Positions 29,168-39,808 of a stretch of 64,000 nucleotides of DNA are shown piece by piece. Source of the stretch: Promethearchaeota archaeon. GTDB lineage: Archaea; Asgardarchaeota; Lokiarchaeia; Sigyniarchaeales; SOKP01. How positions within the stretch are numbered: position 1 is the first letter of the stretch; each line of letters begins with the position of its first letter. The notes beneath the pieces are model-generated. The model was not told where the DNA came from, searched no databases, and saw nothing but the letters and a program-made list of their open reading frames with translations. The stretch is taken from NCBI GenBank assembly GCA_011364925.1, contig RDOA01000004.1, positions 45,011-109,010 of the forward strand, read 5' to 3'. The translations under genes were made by a program, and so were the position numbers.

Positions 29168-30373
29168 TTATAAATAAAGATATCCTTGGTGATTACCTTT
29201 AATGCTTAGTCTTAAGCTTCCAAGTAAAATTTTCTTGATTTGTTTTTGTTCTTTAAAATTTAAGTCAGAAAATAAAAGAATGTAGTTCTTTTCTGTGTTT
29301 ATTACGAATAAAAGGCCAATTTTTATAAGTTTAGAATCATTTGTTAATAAAGCAACAATGACATAATGATAAGGGAGGTTTACCAGATTGTTAATATTTA
29401 TCTCTTCTTCTATTATTTTATCATCATCAGCATCATATTCTGCTTTTATAAACTTAATATCATCTAAAGGTATCGATATTTTTCGAAAATTTTCTAATAC
29501 TTTAGCAAATTGGCTCTGACGCAAAAATCTTCGTTCATCTTTATCTTTTTCGTAGAAATACTTATTTTCGTCCTTCAAATATAGTATTTTCCTCTTTTTT
29601 GATTTAGACGCATGTTTTTCAATTTTCTCTAATTCTTCGACTTCATCATCATGAAATATAATTAAGATATCAGGATCAACAGTTTCAATAAAAAAATTCT
29701 TATATACAATCCCTGCCTCAGTTTTTATCCATCCATCACTATCGATAAGAACAACATCCGTGTCTCTATGGTTTGAACGATAATTTTCAATCAATCCTTT
29801 ACAGGAGTGTGCTACAATAAATTTAAAATTAGCTTTAGGGAAAGTACTACCTATAAATACTGTCTCTTCAGTTTCGACATCAGCGCTAGTAATAATTTTA
29901 TCTTTTATTTCTCCAATATTTAATGTTGTTGGAAGGTATAACAATTGTTGTCCTAGATCCGAATCCAAAAATGATGCTTTTAGGCCTTCTTTAAGGATAT
30001 TGTTGGCTAAATACTTTATAAGAGTTGTTTTACCATTACTTAATCCTAATACCATGAGTTTTAGGGGCTTTTTATCTTCGTTTTTTCGAATTACACTAAT
30101 AACAGTGTCCTTAATCTTTTCCCATTCTTTATTTATGGTGTTTTCTTCGATAATTTTAAGGTTGTTTTTATTGTTTGTTAATATTTCTAGCTTTGATGGT
30201 TCTAAAGCATACAGAGGATAGTTATTAGCGCTTGGCACTATTATTACATTTTCATTCTCGAGTTTTTCTGGGATGAATACTTTACCAAAAACCTCTATTT
30301 TTCCCTCTAAAAGTTTAACCCTTGAAGGACCCTTTACTAAGAGAGTGTATTCTTTTTGAACTTCTTGTATCAT
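29168..30373 (-). CDS. Clp1/Grc3-like polynucleotide 5'-hydroxyl kinase
   Basis: N-terminal LLVKGP...GKIEVFG, GKTT, DSDLGQ, DSDGW, ERRFLR lid. Confidence 0.82.
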   Translation of the reverse strand: MIQEVQKEYTLLVKGPSRVKLLEGKIEVFGKVFIPEKLENENVIIVPSANNYPLYALEPSKLEILTNNKNNLKIIEENTINKEWEKIKDTVISVIRKNEDKKPLKLMVLGLSNGKTTLIKYLANNILKEGLKASFLDSDLGQQLLYLPTTLNIGEIKDKIITSADVETEETVFIGSTFPKANFKFIVAHSCKGLIENYRSNHRDTDVVLIDSDGWIKTEAGIVYKNFFIETVDPDILIIFHDDEVEELEKIEKHASKSKKRKILYLKDENKYFYEKDKDERRFLRQSQFAKVLENFRKISIPLDDIKFIKAEYDADDDKIIEEEININNLVNLPYHYVIVALLTNDSKLIKIGLLFVINTEKNYILLFSDLNFKEQKQIKKILLGSLRLSIKGNHQGYLYL

Positions 30374-30493
30374 GTATTTCTCAAATCATCCTTTATAAAA
30401 AATAATAACTATTTCTTAACGTACATTTATACTTATTAACTAATAGAAATATACTTTTTCTTTCTGATTTTGAAATTTTTGGTTGTGAATAAT

Positions 30494-31021
30494 TTACTGT
30501 TTAAATTCTTTATAACACGGGATACACATAAGTTGACCTTGATAGTTCATCATGCGGCTCTCCATCGTAAGTTCACCACAAATACTACACGGTACTGATT
30601 CTTCGATTTGCGCCATTCCGGGAGGATCGTATTCTATTTCTCTTATATCAAAAGCACTTTCAGGTTCCATATTGAGAAGTTTTTGAATTTTCTCATCCCT
30701 TGAGAGTTTTTTATCATTTAGTAACGACTTTTTTAGTGACAACCGTATTCCTTTTTGATTTTTTCTACTATAGAAGTTATAATTATTTTTTCCATAATCT
30801 TTATGGATTAAATTACCTTTACCATAAGTTGTACCGAGTAAAGCTTGAAGCGCATCAACGCTACAATTATCTGTTTCGACAACTGCTACTAGTTCTTCGT
30901 CTGGGGAGTGCTCATAACCATGTTCTAACGCATATTTGGCAGCTAAAGCACCAATAGCTACACCTGGGCAAATATGTCCATGAAACATGGTAGCCTTTTT
31001 CATTAACTCTCTTATTTCCAA
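30494..31021 (-). CDS. FmdE family protein with C-terminal Zn finger
   Basis: FHGHICPG, ETDNCSVDA, GTTYGKGNL, CSICGE...CIPC. Confidence 0.9.
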   Translation of the reverse strand: MEIRELMKKATMFHGHICPGVAIGALAAKYALEHGYEHSPDEELVAVVETDNCSVDALQALLGTTYGKGNLIHKDYGKNNYNFYSRKNQKGIRLSLKKSLLNDKKLSRDEKIQKLLNMEPESAFDIREIEYDPPGMAQIEESVPCSICGELTMESRMMNYQGQLMCIPCYKEFKQ

Positions 31022-31105
31022 TTTAAATCAGCATTATGTTTTAGATTTAATAAAAATATCAAATATATTAATTTTTTTAATGACTTAAATATAATTATTA
31101 TAGGT

Positions 31106-31597
31106 ATGAAATTTCTTACAGATGCAATGTTAGGGAAACTTACGCGATTCTTAAGAATTTTTGGTTATGATACGATATATGCAAGTGATCTAGTAGATTT
31201 TTATAATACAAACCCAGTTCCGGATGAAAAATTAAAGGAATATGCTATGCAAAGCAATAGAATAATATTAACTAAAGATTTACCCTTCTATAATAGAAGT
31301 AAAGAAAATACGATATTACTAGAAGGAAAAGGAGTATATAACTATTTATTCCAGCTTCAGCAAAAATTAAATTTAATCTATGAATTTAACGTTGAAAACG
31401 CAAGGTGTTCTGTTTGCAATGCATCGTTAAAGAAGGTTATTGACAAAGAAACAATAAAAAAGTCAGTTAAACACGGTACTTTTAAAACTTATAATGAATT
31501 TTTTCAATGTATTAATCCCAATTGTCAACAAATATTCTGGAATGGACCACATATAGCGGATATAATTAATAATTTAAAACGTAGGAAGGATTACTGA
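31106..31597 (+). CDS. Mut7-C RNase domain (PIN-like) protein
   Basis: FLTDAMLGKLTRFLR.FGYD, ILTKD, RCSVCN, C..C.QIFW.GPH. Confidence 0.9.
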   Translation: MKFLTDAMLGKLTRFLRIFGYDTIYASDLVDFYNTNPVPDEKLKEYAMQSNRIILTKDLPFYNRSKENTILLEGKGVYNYLFQLQQKLNLIYEFNVENARCSVCNASLKKVIDKETIKKSVKHGTFKTYNEFFQCINPNCQQIFWNGPHIADIINNLKRRKDY

Positions 31598-31830
31598 TTA
31601 TTGGTGTTTTTAAAAAATTTCATTTTAATTTCTTCAAATTTTGACTTTACCTTTTCCGCTTCATCTTTTGCTCCACCTTTTTCAAACATTCCATGTGCTT
31701 GAGACAGTAATTCGAGGCATTTCTTATATTCTTTATTCTTGAAATGGTTTTCTGAAAGTTCAACTAAGTAATGACCCTTTTTAACATAAAATTCAATAAA
31801 CTGAGCGGAGGTATCAATTTTTCTACTCAT
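31591..31830 (-). CDS. small helical TPR-like hypothetical protein
   Basis: 79-aa ATG ORF with helix-pair pattern (HFKNKEYKKCLELLSQA). Confidence 0.6.
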   Translation of the reverse strand: MSRKIDTSAQFIEFYVKKGHYLVELSENHFKNKEYKKCLELLSQAHGMFEKGGAKDEAEKVKSKFEEIKMKFFKNTNNQ

Positions 31831-31892
31831 AATTAATATGATGATTTTTTTGTATATTTATCTAATAAAGGTAGAGTAAATAAAAATTTGTA

Positions 31893-33317
31893 TTATTCTA
31901 ATTTTCGATAGTCATCCATATTAACAACTTTTCCTTGCAATCGTGATTCATTGGCTGCAAAAGCCATGAGATGGCTTTCTAGACTATCATGAGCGTTCGT
32001 TAAAGGCTGAGATTCATTTTGAAGAAGCGTTCCTAAAAACGCATCAACTAAAGCAAAATCACCTCCACCATGCCCAGAATTGTTAATTGTTAATTTTTGG
32101 GAAAAAATTTTGTGTTTCTTTCCAGAAAAATGATCAAATAATGTAATCTCTTGTCCAGAATCAGAAAATTTTCCTACAAGAGTTGCTTTAGTACCATCAA
32201 TTCTTAATGTTCTACCTTCACGTTCACTAAATCCGTGCATAATTAAACTAGCAGTTACATTATTCTCAAATTCTATATTAACAACTTGATGATCGACAAC
32301 ATTGTTGTCACATTTATAGACACATCGACCATAAGGACTTGTCTTGAGAATCCGCATTTTTGTTTCGTCAGAATAATCTTCACTAATCTCTTCAGGAATT
32401 CCAGAATATATTGGCTCTACAGGCCATTCTCTCCAATATCTCAATCGTTGTAATATCTTAACTAGCTTACTTAAGGCAGTTAACAATCTCACATGTTTTT
32501 TCCTTAAATTAGCCAAAATTTTAAATCCTAATTGATTGCTTTTTTCTAAAATCTGGATTATTGGGACGATATCAATATAAATTCTTGGGGCATAATACAA
32601 GCAAGTTTTTTCTATCGGACATCCTTCTACACAGAAGTTTGGAGAACCATTAGGTGCATTGGATGGTATAAAATGTTTTAAACCTCCGAAGGAACTTATC
32701 TTTCTTGATTTAGCTCCTATTATCCAAAAGAGTAAATCCAAATCATGACAACATTTTTGAAGTATCATAGGAGATGATAACTCCACATTCCTCCAGTTTC
32801 CCCGAACAAAGCTGTGTGCTATATGATACCAACTTATATTTTCTCGATGTGAAATATTTATGATATCCCCTAAATCTCCTTTTAGAATAGTGTCTTTGAT
32901 TGTTGAAAAAAAGTTTGTATATCTTAAAACATGACTGATTCCTAATATCTTATTAGTCTCTTTAACTTTTTGGATTATTTTAATACACCCTTCAAGAGTG
33001 TGTGCCATAGGTTTTTCCAATAAAACATTATATCCTTTATCAAGAGCATCTAAAGTAGGTTCAACATGCATCTGATCTTGAGTGCAAATGAAAGCAACAT
33101 CAGCAAGTTTATGTTCAGCTAGAATCTCTTCCCAACTATTAAATGTTCGGTTTTTAGGAATATTGTGAAGGTGTGCAAATTTCTCTTTTCTAAATTTAAT
33201 AGGCTCTGCAACAGCAACAAATTTTAATTTCTCCGGATATTTGATGGCGTAGTTCCCATAGACATCCATCCCTCGATTTCCTGCCCCTATTAAAATTGCG
33301 GTTATTGCTTTACCCAT
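31893..33317 (-). CDS. Gfo/Idh/MocA family oxidoreductase
   Basis: GAGNRG, LEKPM, KCCHDLD, GHGGGD. Confidence 0.9.
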   Translation of the reverse strand: MGKAITAILIGAGNRGMDVYGNYAIKYPEKLKFVAVAEPIKFRKEKFAHLHNIPKNRTFNSWEEILAEHKLADVAFICTQDQMHVEPTLDALDKGYNVLLEKPMAHTLEGCIKIIQKVKETNKILGISHVLRYTNFFSTIKDTILKGDLGDIINISHRENISWYHIAHSFVRGNWRNVELSSPMILQKCCHDLDLLFWIIGAKSRKISSFGGLKHFIPSNAPNGSPNFCVEGCPIEKTCLYYAPRIYIDIVPIIQILEKSNQLGFKILANLRKKHVRLLTALSKLVKILQRLRYWREWPVEPIYSGIPEEISEDYSDETKMRILKTSPYGRCVYKCDNNVVDHQVVNIEFENNVTASLIMHGFSEREGRTLRIDGTKATLVGKFSDSGQEITLFDHFSGKKHKIFSQKLTINNSGHGGGDFALVDAFLGTLLQNESQPLTNAHDSLESHLMAFAANESRLQGKVVNMDDYRKLE

Positions 33318-33332
33318 TTTTAATCCAATCCT

Positions 33333-34442
33333 TCAACTTCCTAAAACACTTGGAATTTTTCCCTCAATTAACAAGTAATCTAAAACAACTATAGCTGCAA
33401 TAGATTCAACAATTACAATGGCTCGAGGAACAATACAAGGATCGTTTCGACCCTCTATTTTTATCTCTTCTTCTGCCATTGTCTCAATATTGACGGTTTT
33501 CTGGATTAATCCTATAGAAGGTGTTGGTTTTACTGCTACTGTGAAAACTATGGGCATCCCAGTTGATATTCCTCCTATAATTCCACCAGAATCGTTTTTA
33601 GAGGTTTTAATTTTACCATTTTTGATTATCCATGGATCATTATGCTCTGAACCTTTCATTCTTGAAGCACGAAATCCTGCTCCAAACTCAATTCCTTTTA
33701 TTGCGGGAATAGAAAAAATCCCCTTGCTAATATTAGATTCAAGACCATTAAAAATGGGTCCACCAATTCCAGGAGGAACATTATAAATAAAACACCTTAT
33801 AGTACCCCCTATTGAATCATCCTTTTTCATTACCAAGTCAATCTCTTTTTCCATTTGCTTTGAAGCATCTGGATCCAAATTTCTTACTGGAGATTTTTCT
33901 CTTAATTGAAAAAGTTGTTCGAAATTCTCTAATGCATAGTTTTTAGTGTCTTCAGCGTCTCCAATACTTCGGGTATAAGCTAATATTGAAATGTTGAATC
34001 TACTTAAAACTTGTTTAGCAATGGCTCCTGCCATTACAAATCCAGCAGTAATTCTTCCAGAAAACCGTCCAGAACCACGATAATCAGCGAAATCACCAAA
34101 TTTTTGTTGCATGACATAATCAATATGGGATGGTCTCAATAGATTCTTATATTTCTCATAATTTGATGAATCTACATCCTGATTCTTAATAATTAGGCAA
34201 ATAGGAGCACCCGTCGTTTTGTTATTAAAAATTCCCGATAATACTTCAACCTTATCTTGTTCTTTACGGGTTGTAGTGAACTTAGACTGTCCCGGTTTTC
34301 GTTTATCTAATTCCTTTTGAATATAGTCTATATCAAATTTTAATCCCGCGGGGGTTCCATCAATAACAACTCCAATAACTTTGCCATGACTTTCCCCAAA
34401 CGAAGTGATCTTAAATTTAGTACCAAATGTATTATCTCCCAT
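33333..34442 (-). CDS. aroC: chorismate synthase
   Basis: FGESHG, RPSHID, SGRITA, GGISTG, VKPTPSI, RNDPC; likely ATG34442. Confidence 0.95.
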   Translation of the reverse strand: MGDNTFGTKFKITSFGESHGKVIGVVIDGTPAGLKFDIDYIQKELDKRKPGQSKFTTTRKEQDKVEVLSGIFNNKTTGAPICLIIKNQDVDSSNYEKYKNLLRPSHIDYVMQQKFGDFADYRGSGRFSGRITAGFVMAGAIAKQVLSRFNISILAYTRSIGDAEDTKNYALENFEQLFQLREKSPVRNLDPDASKQMEKEIDLVMKKDDSIGGTIRCFIYNVPPGIGGPIFNGLESNISKGIFSIPAIKGIEFGAGFRASRMKGSEHNDPWIIKNGKIKTSKNDSGGIIGGISTGMPIVFTVAVKPTPSIGLIQKTVNIETMAEEEIKIEGRNDPCIVPRAIVIVESIAAIVVLDYLLIEGKIPSVLGS

Positions 34443-34659
34443 TTTTTTATATTCCTCTCTTGAAATTTTAAGCTCTAATCGATCAATAGTTTTAATTACT
34501 ATATTATGAGTGGTTTTCACTTATTATCTTTTATGAATCTCGAATTTGTCGGGATATACCTCTAGGATTGTAATTGCATTGAAATAAAATAAAAATTAAA
34601 TCGAAGTCTTCTATTATTATATTTTAAGGATTTAATTATTTATTATTGATACCAACTCA

Positions 34660-35985
34660 ATGAAACTTAAAATTCTTCCAATAACTAGTCTTCAGGGGGA
34701 GATTATTGCTCCACCTTCCAAAAGTTATTCTCATCGTGCTTTTATAGCAGCTAGTCTTGCTAAAGGTGTGTCTATAATTAAAAATCCTTTAACTTCAGGA
34801 GATGTCGGGGTTACTATCGAAATCTTAAAATTATTAGGTCATAAAATTTCAAAAGTTTCAGAAAATTCTTATATGGTCAAGGGGAACTTCGAAGCAATAA
34901 AGAATGTTAAAAATATTCTCGATTGTAAAAATTCTGGAACATCAATTAGGATCTTTTGTGCTTTAGCAATTTTGATTGATGGTGGACTAAATTTCTCGGG
35001 AGAATTTTTAAAAAGGGAACGTCCAATTATTCCACTACTCATAGCATTGGAAAATCTGGGTGGTACCTATGAATTATCCAAAGATAAGTTATCCGTTAAA
35101 CGCAAAGGAAAAAATTGTGATACAATTGAACTTCCAGGAAACATTAGTTCACAATTTTTAACAGCATTACTAATGACATGCCCCTTATTAACATGTAAAA
35201 AAACCCATTCCCTCGCGATAAATATAACATCTCCTATAATCTCGTATCCTTACATTAAAATAACTTTAGATGTGTTAAAATCATTCGGAATTAACATTCA
35301 AGAATTCATTAACGATAAAAAAGTTGGCAAATATATTATCTCGTGCGAACAGAATTACAGAGCTCAAACATACGAAATACCTGGTGATTTTTCCTCTGCT
35401 TCTTTTATTATTGCTGCTGCTGTATTGACTCAAGAGGATTCGAATATTACTATCTCCAACCTTAATTTTGAGAAACCTCAAGGAGACGTAAAGCTTATTG
35501 AAATACTACAAAAGATGGGAGCGAAAATTGAGATTTTTAAAGAAAACAACAAGGTTACTGTATTTGGAAACTTAAACAAGCATCCTTTAAAGGGTATTCC
35601 CATTGACATAGAAGACACACCAGACCTATTCCCAATTTTATCTATTATTGGATCATTTGCTAACGGTGAAACAGAACTATATAACGCCTCCAGCATTCGG
35701 GGGAAGGAAAGCGATAGATTATCTCTTGTTGCTCAAGGGTTGAAAAGTATGGGTGTTAAAGTAAAAGAAGAAGAAGATAGGCTTACAGTATACCACTGTG
35801 CTCAGTTGAAAGGAATTGAGATAATTCATGAAGATGATCATAGAATTGCTATGGCATTTTCAATAGCAGCATTATTTGCTAATAGCCCATCATATATCTC
35901 CAACATTGAAGTTGTTAAGGATTCTTATCCAAATTTTATAGAAGATATACAAACTTTAGGCGCAATAGTTGAAAAATTAGATTAA
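34660..35985 (+). CDS. aroA: 3-phosphoshikimate 1-carboxyvinyltransferase (EPSP synthase)
   Basis: PPSKSYSHR, NSGTSIR, SSQF, GDFSSA, KESDR, DHRIAMA. Confidence 0.95.
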   Translation: MKLKILPITSLQGEIIAPPSKSYSHRAFIAASLAKGVSIIKNPLTSGDVGVTIEILKLLGHKISKVSENSYMVKGNFEAIKNVKNILDCKNSGTSIRIFCALAILIDGGLNFSGEFLKRERPIIPLLIALENLGGTYELSKDKLSVKRKGKNCDTIELPGNISSQFLTALLMTCPLLTCKKTHSLAINITSPIISYPYIKITLDVLKSFGINIQEFINDKKVGKYIISCEQNYRAQTYEIPGDFSSASFIIAAAVLTQEDSNITISNLNFEKPQGDVKLIEILQKMGAKIEIFKENNKVTVFGNLNKHPLKGIPIDIEDTPDLFPILSIIGSFANGETELYNASSIRGKESDRLSLVAQGLKSMGVKVKEEEDRLTVYHCAQLKGIEIIHEDDHRIAMAFSIAALFANSPSYISNIEVVKDSYPNFIEDIQTLGAIVEKLD

Positions 35986-36002
35986 CATATAATTTGATAA
36001 AC

Positions 36003-36419
36003 TTAACGGAATGATTTCTGTCTTCTTGCTCGAGCTTTTTTTCCACCAAAATGTTTAGGTTCCGTACGTCTCGAATCCCCTGAGAGCAATGATTCATCAT
36101 ATTCCCTAAAGGATTTCTCTATAGCTTTTGTTCCGATAAACTTATTAAGAGATTTAGCAATTGCAATCCGTACAGCGTCAGTTTGGCCCATTATTCCACC
36201 ACCCTTCACATGAATATTTATGTCACACTTCTCAATTTTAGGGTGATCGATTACCTCTAATACTTCTTGGATTCGCATTCTTTCAATATCTGGTTCGTAC
36301 TTTTCTAACGGAACATTATTGATTTTGATTTGTCCTTTAGCTGGATATTTCAAAACAGCTCGAGCAATTGCTGTTTTTCTTTTCCCTGCAGATTGAATTA
36401 TTTTTACTTTTTCTGACAA
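36003..36419 (-). CDS. rps9: 30S ribosomal protein uS9
   Basis: GKRKTAIARA, VKGGG, ARARRQKSFR. Confidence 0.96.
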   Translation of the reverse strand: MSEKVKIIQSAGKRKTAIARAVLKYPAKGQIKINNVPLEKYEPDIERMRIQEVLEVIDHPKIEKCDINIHVKGGGIMGQTDAVRIAIAKSLNKFIGTKAIEKSFREYDESLLSGDSRRTEPKHFGGKKARARRQKSFR

Positions 36420-36424
36420 TAGTA

Positions 36425-36895
36425 TTAAGCCTCAACTTCTAATTTATTCCAACCAATTCTCGAACAAAGATTTTCTAGTGTAATAAACTTATTATAATAA
36501 GAGAGTCGTTTCTTATCTGAGTACAGTATCTCTGTAGGAGTTAACGTTTGATATTGCTTTTGAAAACGCTCTGGAATTGCTCCAATGTAAACATGAACGC
36601 GTTTTAAAGCTTCTTTGCCTCTTATCTTCTTTGTTGGGAGCATTTTTTTAATAATGTTTCTCATAAAAGTATCAGGTCTTCTAGGCCAGAAAGGTCCTCG
36701 TCTTGGATTTGTTGCTGTACTAATGTTTAATTTGTTTAGATATTTCTCGTGAATATCACGCTTAGAACCACTAATAATAGCGTCCTTAGCATTAATTATT
36801 ACTATTTTTTGACCTAATAATGCTCTTTTCGCGACTTGACTACAGAATCTTCCTAATATTTTATCCTTTGCGTCCAATAAAAGGTATTCTTGCAT
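36425..36895 (-). CDS. rpl13: 50S ribosomal protein uL13
   Basis: DA...ILGR, NPRRGPFWPRRP, MLP. Confidence 0.95.
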   Translation of the reverse strand: MQEYLLLDAKDKILGRFCSQVAKRALLGQKIVIINAKDAIISGSKRDIHEKYLNKLNISTATNPRRGPFWPRRPDTFMRNIIKKMLPTKKIRGKEALKRVHVYIGAIPERFQKQYQTLTPTEILYSDKKRLSYYNKFITLENLCSRIGWNKLEVEA

Positions 36896-36915
36896 TTAAT
36901 CTCCTCTCATTCTTG

Positions 36916-37272
36916 TTAATAAAAAACTTTTACATTTTTCCCTTCGGGATTTTGCTCAAATAGTTCCTCAATTGACATTAACTTGCTTCCTGAAGATTCT
37001 ATTTTTTTCTGAGCCGCTTTCGAACAATCTAAACAAGCAATAGTTAATTTGTGATCGATTAGACCATCACCTAAAACCTTACCGGGGACAACTATTACAT
37101 CGTTTTGTTTGGTTCGTTTGTTAATTCTATACAGGTTCGCTTCCACTCTATCCCTCCTAGCACCAGAAAGCTTTTTTGAAACCTTTCTCCATATTCTTCT
37201 TTTGGTCTTCCACAATTCCCGAATCAATTTCCGATTGTAATAATTACTTGGTCCCGTAATTCGATGGCTCAT
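36916..37272 (-). CDS. rpl18e: 50S ribosomal protein eL18
   Basis: VVPGKVLG.G, NPEG.NV; position before uL13. Confidence 0.95.
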   Translation of the reverse strand: MSHRITGPSNYYNRKLIRELWKTKRRIWRKVSKKLSGARRDRVEANLYRINKRTKQNDVIVVPGKVLGDGLIDHKLTIACLDCSKAAQKKIESSGSKLMSIEELFEQNPEGKNVKVFY

Positions 37273-37437
37273 TTTGTGTTCAACGGTTTAAATACTAGAA
37301 AATTAAACTTTAGAATTGCCCAAAACTTAAATATTTTTTCGATTTGTTTTGGATTCATATTCTCTAATCTTTTGAGAGAATCTTGAGAGAATTTGCTATT
37401 TTTAAGAATTTGCCTATCTTCACGGGACAATAAGCTT

Positions 37438-38733
37438 TTAACCTAATATTGTAGTGTAAAGCATCGTATACCCTAATATGATAATAAAATGAAAAGTAGC
37501 AAATATAGAACCATTTTTTAGCAAGCGGTTGTAGTTTAAATTTGATACATTGTATTTTTTTGCTAAAGTTAGGGTGAGAAGATCACACGCAGAACCTTGT
37601 GGTAAAAAATTTCCTGCCATATTAACTCCACTTATGAAAGCAATGATTATTGGGTTAGGGAAAAAACCTTTTCCTATAAATGCTGAAAAAATTGGGAGAA
37701 GAATAATGGTAACAGGGGTTCCTGCAAGGAATGCAGATAAAAGTGAAGAAATTCCTAATGTTATTAAGACAGCTAAATAGATATTATCATTTAATAAATT
37801 AAACAAACTTGATGAAATTAATTCTGAAAACCCAAAAAATGATAATGAGTTCGAAAGAATAAATAAAATTGCGAATAAGATAATGATTTTCCATACGATT
37901 TCATTCTTTAAATCTGAAAAACTAGTGTCCCTATAATGGATTAAAAGTAAAACAGCCGCAGACATGATCGCAACAACAGCAGGTTTTAAACCTATTATCA
38001 TTAATATGAAGGTTGTAAGTAAGACAATAACTGTCATTGTAAAGTAGTATTTACTTCTAATTACGATTTTAGGGTCAAGCATAGATAGTAATATCTTCTT
38101 GTTTCCTTCAGTTGGTTTTTCCTCTTTTTTAAGAATAAACCGATCCATTAAAAAAATGGTAGATATTAGAGTAATTAAAAATAAAATGCCCATATTAGCA
38201 AAATACTCTCCAAAACCCCATCCAAATTCTTTTCCAATTATTAAATTCTTTAAACTTGATATCGGAGTAAGAATTGCACCGATATTTATGGTAATAGTCA
38301 TTCCCATCATATAAGTACCAGCAGGAATCTTCAACGCTTTGCAAGCTCTGTAGATCAAAGGAACCAATATCAACGAGAGGGTCAAATCCTCGATGAAAGC
38401 AACAATAATTGCTGTAAACACGCAAATAAGATAAAAAAGTAATCGGTTATTACCTTTCGTAATATGGATTAATTTGATGGCAATATATTCTAGTACCTTA
38501 TTATTAGTTGCAAAATATACGACAATTTGCATAGCAAAAATGAAAATTAAAGTGTCAAAGTTGATGAAGTCGAGAATGTCTATCTGACTAACATTCCAAA
38601 TAGTAGTCATTGAAATTACTGCTATTGTTCCTATGATTAAGGCAATGGGTAAGTAATCAAATTTATTTTGAGAGAAGAACGCCATTAAAATTGCAAATAA
38701 AACTAAAATTAAAATGATAGCTTGAAGGTTCAT
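37438..38733 (-). CDS. ArsB/NhaD/SLC13-family ion transporter
   Basis: About 11 TM helices; NIGAILTPISS..N and NMAGNFLPQGSA repeats. Confidence 0.8.
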   Translation of the reverse strand: MNLQAIILILVLFAILMAFFSQNKFDYLPIALIIGTIAVISMTTIWNVSQIDILDFINFDTLIFIFAMQIVVYFATNNKVLEYIAIKLIHITKGNNRLLFYLICVFTAIIVAFIEDLTLSLILVPLIYRACKALKIPAGTYMMGMTITINIGAILTPISSLKNLIIGKEFGWGFGEYFANMGILFLITLISTIFLMDRFILKKEEKPTEGNKKILLSMLDPKIVIRSKYYFTMTVIVLLTTFILMIIGLKPAVVAIMSAAVLLLIHYRDTSFSDLKNEIVWKIIILFAILFILSNSLSFFGFSELISSSLFNLLNDNIYLAVLITLGISSLLSAFLAGTPVTIILLPIFSAFIGKGFFPNPIIIAFISGVNMAGNFLPQGSACDLLTLTLAKKYNVSNLNYNRLLKNGSIFATFHFIIILGYTMLYTTILG

Positions 38734-38862
38734 TCAATTAAGAGAAATGGTTATTATTTTAAAAAATATCATATTACATTGAAAATTGAATTCTCCTTTA
38801 AAGTTTGATGTTTAAAAATAAGTTTTTTTTAGATAGCCTTTAATCAATTTAAATGTAAAAGA

Positions 38863-39714
38863 TTAAGATTCTATCTCAAGATCTTCCAAGTTTGTAATAA
38901 ATTCATCAATTTTCTCGTTAAAGATTTTGAAAAGTTGACCAAGTAAGGCTTTAAATTCTAAAACTCCATCGCTTTCTATTGAAAAAATGTATACATCTTC
39001 TTTGGGACTAACTGTTATTTTTCCCTCGGAATTATTTTTACAAGACATACATAAAGTGCAATATCTCCAGTAATCATCTTTAAGTTTAAGAGTATTATTA
39101 TTGGACATTGTAAATAATTTCTCAGGGCACATTTTGACTATTAAACTGTTCAATTCTGGATTTTTTAACGAAGATTCATCAAATTCAACAAGAGGATAAT
39201 GTCTATAGGCCACATTTGAAACCGCTTGCCACTTTGCATGCTCTTTCGCTAATCCTAAGATCGCATAAGCTTCGATAATTACTTTATCATTTTTATCAAT
39301 CTTGACAATCGGGATATTAGGATCAACAGGATTGATCTTTGGATCATTTGATTTTAGATCGCGTGAATAAATCATTAAGGGTGCATTAGTAGCGTTAGAT
39401 ACTTCGCAGGTTAGAGATACTTGACATAACGGACAACCAAATCCCCCACATTCACATTCTTGCGGTAGTTTATACACATCTAAATCTGTTTTAAGAGGAA
39501 TTAAACCTAATCTGTGAGAAATTATTTCATCATATAAGGGTGAATCGTTTTTCAAAATTATAACTTCATCAATCGCCATTACCGGTACTTCTGTAAGCAT
39601 GATTCGTCTTAGTGCGTTAATCATTTCAAGAGAAATACCCTCAATTACTAATACTAATTTATGTTCCGTTTGTTCAAGTACTTCGAGTTTTTGAGGGATC
39701 ACAGTCCTTAACAC
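38863..39714 (-). CDS. rpoD: DNA-directed RNA polymerase subunit Rpo3 (D)
   Basis: NALRR...EVP.MAID, N.S.LYDE..SHRLGLIP, HAKW, IESDG. Confidence 0.96.
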   Translation of the reverse strand: MLRTVIPQKLEVLEQTEHKLVLVIEGISLEMINALRRIMLTEVPVMAIDEVIILKNDSPLYDEIISHRLGLIPLKTDLDVYKLPQECECGGFGCPLCQVSLTCEVSNATNAPLMIYSRDLKSNDPKINPVDPNIPIVKIDKNDKVIIEAYAILGLAKEHAKWQAVSNVAYRHYPLVEFDESSLKNPELNSLIVKMCPEKLFTMSNNNTLKLKDDYWRYCTLCMSCKNNSEGKITVSPKEDVYIFSIESDGVLEFKALLGQLFKIFNEKIDEFITNLEDLEIES

Positions 39715-39808
39715 CTTTTAAAAATATAGATATTGCAGTATTTACATGTAGAAATATGTAATTTAAGATAAATTTTACTATTAAAATTAAAAAATATGTG
39801 AAAAATGT

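Noticed and set aside
27656-30373. Clp1 kinase plus ATP-grasp gene as an RNA repair (kinase plus ligase) system
   Set aside because: The ATP-grasp protein lacks the KxDG nucleotidyltransferase motif and has carboxylate-amine ligase motifs; adjacency alone is insufficient
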